Shown: positions 13,837 to 25,378 of the stretch, piece after piece
Layout of the letters: every line of letters starts with the position of its first letter
Position numbering within the stretch: the stretch's first letter is position 1
From: Acanthaster planci
Taxonomy: Eukaryota
NCBI RefSeq assembly: GCF_001949145.1
Contig: NW_019091362.1
Location: 2,487,838-2,551,837, forward strand
Direction of reading: 5' to 3'
DNA: 64,000 nucleotides
Position numbers and translations under genes: made by a program
Notes under the pieces: generated by a model
The model's database searches: none
What the model saw: only the letters and a program-made list of their open reading frames with translations
What the model was told of the DNA's origin: nothing

Positions 13837-14075
13837 GGGGGGTCAGCTCGCAAGTCTGACACCTCATAGGTCCGACGCCTCATAGGTCCAACTCCTCATA
13901 AGTCCGAAAAATGCATTTTAAAAAGTCCATAAGTCTGACGCGTCAAAAGCCTGACAATTCTAGTTTCTTTTGGCCTATAGATCCGACGCCTCATAAGTCT
14001 GATGCCTCGTAAGTCCGAAAAATCAGACTTTTGAGGCGTCAGACTTATGAGGCATCAGACTTACGATACACACCC
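13837..14075. mobile_element. Non-autonomous fold-back DNA transposon (MULE/Foldback-like MITE) with 16-bp subterminal repeats
   Basis: GGG...CCC termini. Unit cctcata(a/g)gtc(c/t)gacg is repeated in direct orientation at left and centre and inverted at the right end (tcagacttatgaggc). TSD is degenerate. Confidence 0.65.
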
Positions 14076-17000
14076 ATTCAATGTACCACATAATCATCTG
14101 TGGTTTCTTTCATCTTGGAAAATTTGAACAGATACATAATACTGTTAGAAAAACTGCAACTCCTAATTGCAGTTTTCATGGCCAGATTACATCAAATGCC
14201 TGACCATGATTCTAGGAATCTACATTTCTTCTCACATGTGCACTGCTCTACAAATAATCCTTTTCTAAATATCTGGGGGGAACAAATCCACGAAATAGAA
14301 GGACAGATGTGATCACATTTGGCACTTCACGGATTTGGCAAGAGGCACTGTCCAAGCCAAACTAATCAATATGGAAATTGTGAGTGATCCTGGGGGCTGG
14401 GCAAGCGTTTGGCTGTGAAATTCCCCCTCACCGATTCCCCGGCCGTAAACTGTTCCCCTGCAGTCACTGTCACCCACATGTCTCCAGATAGTCGGATGCG
14501 GGGGCTCGTTGTGTGTTTCTTTATTTAATCCAATTACTTCCAGTCGTGGCTTTATCAACTTGAGAAACTGATACCAGGGCGTCTGCTGGTATTAGCGTGC
14601 TGTTCCCTGTCAAATTATTAGAATGTTTTCTGATTTGTGGGTGTTGTTAGAGATAACACCGAGAGATGGGACAGTAGCTGAATCATTCAGGATTCAACGT
14701 CTCACAACACACAAGGAATGGGAAGAATACAGGGGCAACAGAGAAGTCATTATATGCATCAATACTGTCAAAGCATCAATGGACAAAATTTGTGTACGGA
14801 ATCCCTGACAATTGAAACAAAAAAAATACAGAAACAAGACTAGAACATGACTAAATTAATGCTACACTGGGACCTTTGGGTTGTCAAACCATTAGGATCG
14901 GCTAAGACAGTCTTGAACACACTGTGAAGAGCATCTTTGTTAAATGATTTGAAAAACCTTAACCTCTATCATCTTAAAAAGAAAAGCAAAGTCAAATAAA
15001 TTTACAAATGGGCCCAGAGATTAGCCACAAATAAAAGGTGAAACACGGTTAACTGATAAATAGAATCACATATGTTCCCTACATTGCAAAGGCATACTCC
15101 AACCCCGCTCATACCTTGCCTACTTGTCACCCATTCTGAGGTGTATGCCCCTTTAAGCTCAATCGGTCGAACCCAATCAAATGTAGCCGTTTGCAGAATA
15201 CAAGACCACCCCTTTCATCTAGATCTCTTAGAAAAGTGCAGGTCGCAATATGACACACCAGCAATTACTGGTATGGAGAAAAACTGGTGGCCATTCACAT
15301 TTCAAGACCACAGCCTTTACTTCCTCTGGTTCTGATGGTCTCACATTACCTTTGCACTTTGTATAAGCCGATTACCAATTCCCCCCCCCCCCAACTTCCC
15401 TCCAAAAAGGGAGTTTTATCCCCGGTCGCTGTGCTGGTGACTTGGGGGGAGGGGAACAGGCTCTTCATCCTGGAGGTCAAATGCGGTGGTAGAATAGTTA
15501 CAATGGTGGAACCATACCCAGAGGGTAGGTGATTTGGTGTGCCACTTCAAATTATGATGGAAAATGTCAAAACTAGTGGCTGTTTTTGTTTCCTTTTTTA
15601 CCTTAATCAACGGCACTCTCTTACAATTTTCTCCATAATTATCAAAGAAAAAAAATTGTTGGTGTGGGGCTCTAAATAAAACTTCACTGCATCTGAAAGT
15701 TTTCACATGTCACAGCCTCATCCTCGTTAAGTTGAAAGAAACTCTCTGCAAATGGGCTAATTCAAACATTTTCCAGATCGCCGTACTTTGTTGACACGAT
15801 AACCTAGCTCATCCTAGCCCCTCTTTCCATCCAAATGAGACATTTCACCAGTGGCTGCATAATCGCGACAGCAGTGGATAATCGAGTTGCTTGTCCATAG
15901 AGTGTCAGTTTTTTTAGAGGGGGGCTGACAACCTAATGCAGGAATGAACACGCAAGGCCACTCGGCAGTACAGTGAACCGTAAAATTTCCACACTCAAGG
16001 AGTCCAAGAATGAGCTTATTATTCTTCCCCAGAGTGAAGTTGACACCAGGAATAGCTACCCCTACCCTCAAGCCACGGATGCATGCTGCTGCTTCCCCAT
16101 CCCTCCCCCCCCCATACCCAAGTACAAGTGCATTCTCACGTTCTACCCTTTCTGAAATGTATCATTCCCTCCTTCTTATCTATTCCGCCCGTTCCCACTT
16201 CCTGGCTGCTGTCAAATTTCTCGCTTCGCTTTCCCTCTCCTCTCTACCAAGGTGTATCGCTTTCTACAACAACAGCTTCCGTGCAGCAACCCGGGCAGCT
16301 GGAAGTTTAGGAGTTCATCGTTTGTCGGCTTGGAAAAACTCTCAGAGGATCAACTTGCCCACATTTACATTGAATAATAGGATCAGGCAAAGGCTGTTAG
16401 TGTATGGCTGCATGTAAAGTGCACACAACCTTTTCAGTTCCCTTTTTTACACTTGAGCTGGACAGACTGTCCAGGGGCCAAAAATGTTACTAAACACTAA
16501 CATGGGGTACATGAAGAGGTGTTGGACAGAGGCACATCTTGCTAAATTAACAACAAAGAAGTTCTGAATGGATAATTGAATGGATTTTGGATGAATAACA
16601 ATTGACAAATACAGACCTGCTTGATAAACAAAGCATGTAGAAAACAATCTTATCCATAACCCACAAAATATTTATGACAATTAAGTGTGAAGATAATCAA
16701 AGGTATTATTTTCAAAGCCTAGATACTTTGCCATAGATACCATCCCCACAGAACAGTCCCAAAAACTGTGAGAGGAAAGCTCCGGGACCACACTGATACC
16801 CTTATCCTATTCTAAGAAGACTCCAAAAGTGAGTCCAAGACTACTAACTGAGTTCATGTGCACTTTCCACCTTGCTTCACGGCCCATCTCACCAATGTGA
16901 ATGACAGGGGCGATATTCATAAGCTCGGTATTCATCCCAACCCCTTGGTCTAACTTTACAGACTTCCAGCAAATTAGGAATTTGACACAACCGAACAAAA

Positions 17001-19032
17001 ACACAGTTTCACCTTTGGGGTTGGAAACACAGAGTGAAGATTGTCTTTTGATTCCTGGACCAGTCAAGCAAACAAGATTTGGTTTCACCTGGGAAAACAG
17101 GACTTGGTTTCTTTGGGAAAGTTCAGGGACACGAGTGCACTTTGGAGAAGTCACGTCCATGAAAGTTTTGATACTTACTTCTGCGGCTGATTAACGGTAA
17201 AAATGCAACACTCACGAAGGCAAAATCATAGGCTATACATGTATATGATCCATGGGTTTGTGAAAAGTTTAGAATGTTGCAAGGAAAAAGCTGGGTAAAG
17301 ACAACTGTTCAGATGGACTTGATAAGACTGAGGGCAAGGACCAGAATAGCATTAACTTCAACAGAACATGGTTACGTTTAAAATATATCATAAAATTCTT
17401 GTAGAATAACTTCCAAGAATAGGGAGAGCTGCACTGATATTTTTAGTTTAAAAAAATGATTGTATCAGTTTTACCCTAAAAAGCATCACCCAAAATTTCA
17501 ACTAAAGATGAAATAAGGATTTGTGTGGACAGGAAGAAAACTGGCCGGGATTCTCAATCATACTGTGACCAAAGTCAGTTTTGCAAAGTCCACTTTTCAG
17601 CCTTGGAGAGCACATTAACAGACTGCACTTTGAGAAAATCATGCCAAAGAGCAACGAACAGCAGGCGAGAGAGACAAAGAGAAAACAAAATCAGAGGAAA
17701 CGTTCCCATCATTTCAGCCCTACGGGTTAAGAAAATTAAAGTGCACAGCCCGTTTTTAGAATCCATTCATCTAAGGGCCACAGCAGGGGTACAGTTGGCC
17801 GACCACTGACAACGTACCAGGGAATCACATCACAGACAAATTTCATTTACTGGCAGACATAATATGCACGGACTGCTGAACAAATCAATTTGAAAGGACT
17901 AACCACTAATCCGCATTCTAGTAACCTATTCGTGGAACGCTTAGATCAGGGCATTTAATGGACATGCTGGGGAAAAACAAATTGCAGAGGTGGCAGATTT
18001 GCCACACAACTGGACATATCTTGGCACTTCTTTTTTTTATTTCATTAAAGCTAGTCCACGTTTTGAACAAACAAAATGTAATAAAGAAGTTGAGTTTGGC
18101 AACATGGTGTTAGGAAACTTGGAACAGTAAACTTCCCAATGACTGAAAGTCCCAAAATCTAACACAGAACTGTAAACTTTTAGACACGCTACTAGAATAC
18201 TTCTGGAAAGAGGTCAAAAAAGAGGTCAACTCTCAAATTTCTTCACTCTTCAACTTCTACTCCCAATATTGAAATAAAACAGACCCTTTTCCTAAATGAT
18301 ATAACTAAACAGTTTTTCCAAAAAACGTCATCCCTCTGTCATTTTTGAAAAGGGGGGTGTGGCACACGTCCCCAATAGGTCAAAGATCTTGTCTCACTTA
18401 GGAAAACAGAAATCAGTCATGTCATAAGGTGAGAGCCCAATGTTCCTAAGAAAGAATTCTGTGCTTGTCTTTATTCAAGAAATGTTGTTTTTTGCTTTGC
18501 CCTATTGGTGACAGGGGCCAATTTCTTCCCAACCTGAGGCAATCCAATCTCTGGGTCACCATCCAATTTGTTAGGATCCCCGCTGGTCATTTTCACACCT
18601 GTCCCAGGTCACATTTGCTGTCAAATCTACAGGCAATGATACATGTCCGTGGAGGAGGGGGTGATCTTACATGTTTTGCCGAATCATTTTTTTTTAAATT
18701 TTTTTCTTTCATCTTTTAAAGAGGATATATTTCATTGATTTGGATCTGAACAATTAACACGGATGGTTCCTTATTTTTGATTACTGACTGAACCACAATG
18801 TGGATTTCTATCGTGGGTGCTTTACAAAGTCACAATAACAAAGTGTAGCGATACCAGAATCTGTGATAAAATGCAATGTGGGCTTGCATTTATTAATCAA
18901 TTCAAGATTCCTAAAGCAAAGGTAGCTGATTCAAAATACTACCACCAACTTTATGTATTCACTTTCTTTCGAGCTCAAAATGAAGGGGTCCAGAGCTCCA
19001 AATATTTCCACTTTCTGAACAGAAATTGTGAA

Positions 19033-19118
19033 GAGCGCCACCTTTTGGTCAAGCTTGATCAGTATCAACCAATGATTTTTTAACCCAAGAAAAATCTATA
19101 CAGCGCCCTCTTGTGGCA
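19033..19118 (-). promoter_or_regulatory. Pair of co-oriented CTCF-like motifs
   Basis: Minus strand tgCCACAAGAGGGCGCtg (19101-19118) and gaCCAAAAGGTGGCGCtc (19033-19050), compared by eye with the consensus CCASYAGRKGGCRS. Confidence 0.5.
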
Positions 19119-19119
19119 C

Positions 19120-19970
19120 TCATGACAGAGTAGGCTACAGAACACTCAATTTCTCCAGTTTCTGTATTTAGTTGGAGACCCTGGAGACTCTGTAATTCTT
19201 CCATACGATATCCACAACCTGTGCAAATGGTCCAAAACATGGCAAGTGAGTTTTGATATTGCTAAGTGCCTTGTCATGCACATTACTCAGAAAAGATGCC
19301 CTAAGGCTTACCAGTAGTCCAGAATGGTTAGCGTTCCTCTTGAGATTACTAAACGCCACCCTCACCTGTGAGTAGTAATTTCACACCATTTGGAATGGAA
19401 ATAGGCCTACCACATATCTAAGATCACCGCTAAAGCAGCAAGTATGATGGGACTTCTGTGGAGATACCTGCACGGTTGCAGTGAGCAAGTTAAAAGTCAC
19501 GTACTTATACAAGCCTTTAGTGCACCCCCAATAAAGAATACTACAGCAGCATCTGGGACCCACACTCAAAGTCTGATAAAACTGCACAAGAGAATATTCA
19601 ACATAAAGCGGCTCGCTTTCTAACCAGAAATTACGAGAGATATGCCAGTGTAATGACCATGTTGAAAAAAAAAAACTAGAGTGGATGCCCCTGGAAGAAC
19701 CCCGGGCAGTCTGTAGGCTAATTTTCTTATGCAAGAGTTTAAACGACCTAGTAGCTTTCCAGGATGACAAACTTTCCAAAACATCCAGCAGGTTATCTAC
19801 AGGCTGCAAACTCCACATTCTTTCCTTGATCTTCACTCCAAGAAGGACCGCTACAAATACGTATTCCACGTGTAGTCTCTGAATGGAACCAACTCCCTCA
19901 CTTCAGTTGGAAGCTTCTACTGTCGACATTTTCAAATACGGCTTGTTGACCCTGGATATCAGGGCCCCGC
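19120..19970 (+). mobile_element. Decayed 5'-truncated non-LTR retrotransposon (CR1/L2-like LINE), C-terminal RT region
   Basis: Frame-broken translation gives DIHNLCKWSKTWQVSFDIAKCLVMHIT, HISKITAKAASMMGLL, YSSIWDPH and LEWMPLEEPRAVCRLIFLCKSLNDLV, typical of CR1/L2-clade ORF2 C-termini. Multiple stops and frameshifts. Boundaries approximate. Confidence 0.85.
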
Positions 19971-20558
19971 TTAAATCACGCCCATCCTCTTGACTAAATT
20001 GTTGCCTACTGCCAACACTTTTTATAACCCTTTGCACAGTATGAAGCAAAACAGAAGTTACATCATGCTGACTCCAAGTATAAGGGAATCTTTTTGTTCT
20101 TTTTTGTTATGTTCTTTTTTTTCCTTGTTTTTTTTTTTCTTTTTGGAATTGTTTTGGACATTATACATGGGTCCGCTGGTGTGTCTGATCTTTGGTCATA
20201 TACAGTAAGTGTATCTATGGATAGTAAAACCAGCCACCTGGTTACACATGACACTGGATTTCACTTGAGGAACAGTGAATCGGTCCATGCGGTAATTTTC
20301 TTTCATTGTAATGCATAAATGGTAACTGTGTGTTGCATACTTACTTCTGACAAAACAACTTTGGGAAACTTGTCTTGCAACTTGTTCATTTTTACGGCTA
20401 ATTTGAAAGTGAGTGACTGAAATTTCTTCCACCTCTGAATTTTGCAATAACCAGGTTGTTGTCATCTGTTGGTAACAACGATTTAAAGAATGATTCCTAG
20501 AGAAAAAACATGAAGACAGGTCTTGACTTCAAGCATGATTTGGAAAATGAAATCTTAC

Positions 20559-22917
20559 CTGTCTTCATCACTGAGGTCCACTGTCTTCTGCAGAAACTCC
20601 CTGACTGCCGCCATTCCATCTTTCAGTCTGCTTCCCCCTGTGCCCAGTCTCTTAGCATATAAGAAGCCTCCACCTTCGCTCATGTAGCCACTGGCAATAT
20701 CACCTAGCTGGGCATTCCGGTGGAGGATGTCTCCATCGCTGACATAGCCACTGCCGAGGTCTTCATCATACAGGTCATCTCCATCGTCCAGGATGGGCTG
20801 CTCGGCGAACTGCAAGTCACTCAGGTGCGAACGATTGGAGGTGGTACGCCGCATGGAGTTGCCGTAGAGGCGAGTAAGGGAGGGGGCGGGGACAAACCGC
20901 TGGGGGACCCCACCGCTGCGGTAGGAGTAGGCCGAGTAATGGGCCTCACTCTGGACTGGCATGGAGGGGATCTGGAGTGGGAGGGAGCTGAGGTTGTTCA
21001 AACGAGCTGCTGAGGCACCATAGGTTGCGATGGCCGATCGTGGCGAGCCTTGTGGGGAGGGACCGCCCACTGTCCCTTTACTGGATCCAGTTGGTGAGCG
21101 GTGGCTCCGCAGCTGGGTGGTCACGCTGTCCCCAAATGTGGTCTCCTTGGTGGTTCTGGAGGTGGATTGACTATGCTGGACATTCATGACTGTCAGGTCC
21201 ATGTTGGAGGGGCGGATGTCTCCGTACCCCTTCAGGGAGCGGGGCTGAGATGGCGGGGTGCCGAATGTCGTCACTACTTTGTCATTCTTGTAGACCGATG
21301 TGCAGTAGTCGTTGGCATCCTCTCTGGGCTTATGTATCACACTGTTTTCAGATGACACACTGTTGCCAGAAGACACACTGGTCTGGCTCTGTATGGGAGT
21401 GCTGCCGATTGAAGACTCACTCACGCTGGCACTTGCAATGCTCATCTCGCTAGACTCCTTCGACATTGGCCGGGAACCAACATAATTGAATGGTGCAACT
21501 GTTGCAGTGTTTGCAGGGGACCGCTGAGATGCGCTGTGGCTTGGCGATGCTGGCAGGGGTCGATTTGAATCCGGTGACCGAGATGAACTCTTAGGTTTAC
21601 AACTGGCTTGTTTCTTCGGCTTCTCATCGGGAGAGATCTTATCGTGTTTAGATGCTACGTCTCCATTCCTTTGCTTTGAGTTTCCAGGGCCAGGGAAAGT
21701 GCTGTATGTGCCACCTCGTGAGAAAGATGTATTCCCATCCTTTGCCTCTTGCTTGGTGTCATTCAAGTTGGAATTCTTAGGAAAAGTCTGATAAGATGTG
21801 GGCGTCTTCAAACCTGTTTTCTGGCTGGCTGCGGAAGAGTTGGACTTGGTGAGGTTGCGTGAAGGAGGAGGCATCTGCAAGGAGCCTTGAGATGGGCTTT
21901 GGTTTGCCACTGGCAGTTTCGTCTTGGCAGTCGAGCCAGGTATCTGCTGTTTGCTGCTTGACGTTTTACTGCCAGGCGGTGACAGTTTGGATTTAACAGC
22001 TGGCTTTGAACAAGTGTCACTGTTTCTGGTTGACTCTGATTTGTGATTGTCTGTTGCTCCGACTGGTTCACCCCGCACTCCCAAATCAGATCCATCTTTG
22101 CTAGAAGGTTTTCCTAATTCCCTCGACTGGAGCTTGGAGGGGGGCTTAGTCTTACTTCCCCCGAAGGCCCGCCCAATGGTCTTCTGAGCAACAGCCTTTA
22201 GTGCATTTTTGGGGCTGCTGGATCCAAGGCTGGAACCAGGAGATGACACCGTACTCTGCCCTCCTGTGCTGGTCGCAGGCCCCACCCCAGACGAGGAGGT
22301 GTTGCTAGCCGTGGTGCCAATACTGGAGTTGCTGCCGTGCTTTTTCAAACCGCTTCCCGTCCGCGACTTGTCCGGCGGCAGGGCCGACCGTTCCTGGGCA
22401 GGAGTTCGGCTTCTTGAGCCCGAAGCATCCCTGGCCGGTTGAGGTGCTGCTGTCGAGGCAGAGGACTCCGAGCTGCTGCTGTTGTTTCCATTCACGGCCG
22501 GTTTCCCTCCGGCACCTTTGCTCTTTGGAGTGCCGTGAGGATCTTTACCAGCGTGCTCCTTCCCAAAAAATTTCAGTTTGGTGAGCATGGAGCTCTTGTT
22601 GGGGCTTTTAGGAGTCTGTTGTGACTGCAGCTGTAATTCTTGTTGTGATGATGGAGGTTGCTGCTGCGGTAGCTGTGACTGATGCTGTAGTTCCTGCTGC
22701 TGTTGTGCCGCCGCCGCCGTCTGCCGTTGCTTGGGCTGCTGCTGCTTGTGTGTCTGTTTTGGCTGAGAACTGCTGCTGGCTTTGGTTGCCGTTGTCGAGG
22801 GGGGGCGGATCTGGCTGGCTGTCCGCGTAGGAGGTTGGAGATTGCTTGAGGGTGAGGCACCATTTGGTAAAGATGAACCCTGAGATGAGGTAGTTGTAGC
22901 ATTAATTTGTATTGCAC
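20559..22917 (-). CDS. NAV2: NAV giant coding exon, 2359 nt, S/T/P/K-rich region with SMLTKLKFF, NTATVAPFNY and GYVSDGD..SGYMSEGGG..YAKRL motifs
   Basis: Lies within the 819-aa ORF 20555-23014. Acceptor ttttcttttgcag|GT, donor GACAG|gtaaga, phase 1 to 2. Motifs match NAV2-type SMLEKLKLF, NTATVAPF and GYMSDGD..SGYMTDGG (recalled). Confidence 0.93.
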
Positions 22918-23144
22918 CTGCAAAAGAAAAACAGGAGATTTTTGACCCACTCTTCAAGAAATATATGTACGAACATGCACAAACGTAACTCAGAAAAGCA
23001 GTACCAGCAGACACTTCAACTAACCATCACATGGCACTTTATTGCAAACAAGTGCTCACAATTTATAGGAAAAAATGAGTCATCTATTGATACTGGTATG
23101 GAAATTTATAAAAAGTAGCAGGCAGAATACACACAAGGAGTTAA

Positions 23145-23733
23145 CCACTTGCTGCCGGGTGGTTTTAAAAACGCAGTGCACACAATTGGGACTTTTTCAA
23201 GATTTTCAGTTTCAAAATTCTTCAAAAATTCATCATTTCAATTAATGCACGTTTACACCCACACGAATAACTGTCTGGTGGCTACTCTAGTCCGACAGAC
23301 AAAATCTATTGACGCCCGAGTATTTCAGCCAGGCCTGCAACCTTGTAAAAAGAGCCCAGATTGTGTGATGTTATGTAACTTTCTTTTGTTTGCAAACCTG
23401 GCACAGTGCACGGCTGACCTCTTTTCAGTAGGGGCCAGATTAGCATGCAGCGGTGCTGTGTGGCTCATCGCTGCAGTGGTGGAGCGCTTTTGTCCCCGGA
23501 GGTAATCCGCTCCCACTAACTGCCCCAAACCGTGGTATACTGTTTCAAAACAAGGCTGGATTATCTCCACTATTGAGAGTGGAAAAAATGTTGGAAATGC
23601 CCAGCAGCCTGGTCTTTTGTTCCAAATACGGTCTCTTGTTACAAGGCCCAGTTCCCTTTGTCCGGTTTCGGAGACCCCGGCCACGCGTATAAAGCATACG
23701 TATCCGGTACCGGAAACCCCAGTGACAAGTGGT
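23145..23733. mobile_element. Candidate non-autonomous piggyBac-like element (TTAA-flanked)
   Basis: Left TTAA|ccacttgctgccgggt and right accccagtgacaagtgg(t)|TTAA give an imperfect TIR CCACTTG..GGG. CpG-rich interior. Confidence 0.55.
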
Positions 23734-23868
23734 TTAAGAATGTGTGAATGTCTTCACCCTTAAAGCAACAGAATCTAATGTTAGGTGGACTAAGAACTGA
23801 AGTTACTCCATACATTTGTAGCAGCTTATGTAATAGGAGCAATCAACTATGACCCTATTTCTCTTTAA

Positions 23869-24400
23869 CCCCTTCGCAACGGATGATGGTAAGAGCCGCC
23901 GTGAAAATTAAGATCCTACGCCCGCTTTTCAGCTATTATTCTCAGCCCACGCTCGAGCAAACACAGTGAAAGAAAAAGAAGGCATACCCTGGCTCTTGTA
24001 TATATGGTGATTGGCCTTTGTGTGTTGCCAAGAAATGAAAAGGCCGAATTTGCATCATAATCACTAGCTTCACAATAGTCCCCACTTTGAAAAGAGGCAA
24101 CGGGAATGTGGAAGCGAGAGTAGAGTCGCATGCCACCAAACAATGAGCCTTTTAACTGTGTAATTCAAAGCGTGCAGAACACGCAGGGCCACAAACCGAG
24201 AATTTGCGGCTTGGCAGGTGGCCTTCATGGCCAAGCGAGGCTGGAATTCTCGGAGTCGGCTTTCAGAAAAAGGTTCCCGTCGTCGCATGCAAGTATCTCC
24301 CTTCCAATCCTTGCGTTCGGCTGCCATGCACCCGTCTCTCATTCCTGTGTCACCGGATTGCTACAAGGTTGCTTGACATCTATATACATTCTTAGTGATC
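23869..24400. mobile_element. Possible truncated TTAA-type element (one end only)
   Basis: TTAA|ccccttcgcaacgg start followed by about 500 bp of CpG-rich sequence. No matching right TIR found. Confidence 0.3.
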
Positions 24401-25216
24401 TTTTAGCTCCTTTTGTTTGTGACAGTATTGGTTGCTTCGTCGCTGTAGTGAACCAGGTTTGGCAGTAGTAAACAGCTAATAGGTGAGCTATTTATTTCCT
24501 AACACAACCCAGAGGATTGACTTCATTTTTTTTCCTTGAGCATAAGTTTCATTTACACTTTTCTTTTGGCAAGAAGATTATTGCTCACAAGAAAAAATAC
24601 ATTACAAAGAAAGACTTTTGAATTTCTATTTATTTCCTAAGGCAAAGTAGCCATTAAAATGATCAGCACTCGCTAAACATTCATCCACATTTATACGTCC
24701 TAAAGCTGTAATTTTGCTGAATAATATATATATATGTCATCTACTACCAAAATTAATGATCAGTTACCCTCCCTATGATTGGGTGGTTCAAAGCTTGCTC
24801 TTTCACAACTTCTAATAACTTGGTTTTCGAAAATCACCTTGTTATTTAATCTTGAAACTCTTCCAAAACAGTTATGCACTTTAAACCAACCATCACTGGG
24901 CAAAATTCCATTGTCAAAGTGGAAACTGGTCACACTCTAACCGATCTCATTATTCTTCATAAGTATATTTCATTTTTTATCATTTTCATGAGCAAAAAGG
25001 TTTTTTCCAAAAAAAAAAAGAAAATGGAAATCATAGGTTGTACTTTTACCTCCCATTTCAATTTTGGTAAACTTTTTTCTTTATGGAGTACAAAACATAT
25101 CAAGGCCAGTAACAGCACAGCTAATTTCCACTTTTGCACGGAACAGCATTTGGGGAAAACACACACAGACCGTGGCAGCGTGATGTTATTTTGATGATTT
25201 TTTCCCCCACTTTTAC

Positions 25217-25378
25217 CTTGTTGAGTTGGGGCAGGGGAAGCCGAAGGCACTCGTCCCTTTTCCAGTTGACCCCGCTGGCTGATCCCTGACCCCGCCGTGG
25301 GCCGGGACCCCTTGCTGAATGTCGGGATACGGGAACTCATGTCAGAGGAGGAGGAGTTGCGATGAGAAGAGGAGTTGC
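25217..25378 (-). CDS. NAV2: NAV coding exon, 162 nt (symmetric, phase 1): (S)NSSSHRNSSSSDMSSRIPTFSKGSRPTAGSG...PAPTQQ
   Basis: Acceptor tttctttctttgtgcactcctcag|GC, donor CAAG|gtaaaa. 'DMSSRIP' resembles the NAV 'EMQSRLP' motif downstream of the CH domain. Confidence 0.85.

Noticed and set aside
20345..20465. Possible next NAV exon right after the giant exon (acceptor caacag, donor gtaagt)
   Set aside because: In the required phase 2 it reads AGA-TGA (immediate stop) and lacks the expected S(W/F)DDSSS-type motif; I found no such downstream exon in 1-20558.
22918..23014. N-terminal extension (MSAGTAFLSY...) of the 819-aa ORF as a real protein start
   Set aside because: It is read-through of intron sequence upstream of a strong acceptor (ttttcttttgcag at 22918-22930); upstream exons splice in at the right phase.
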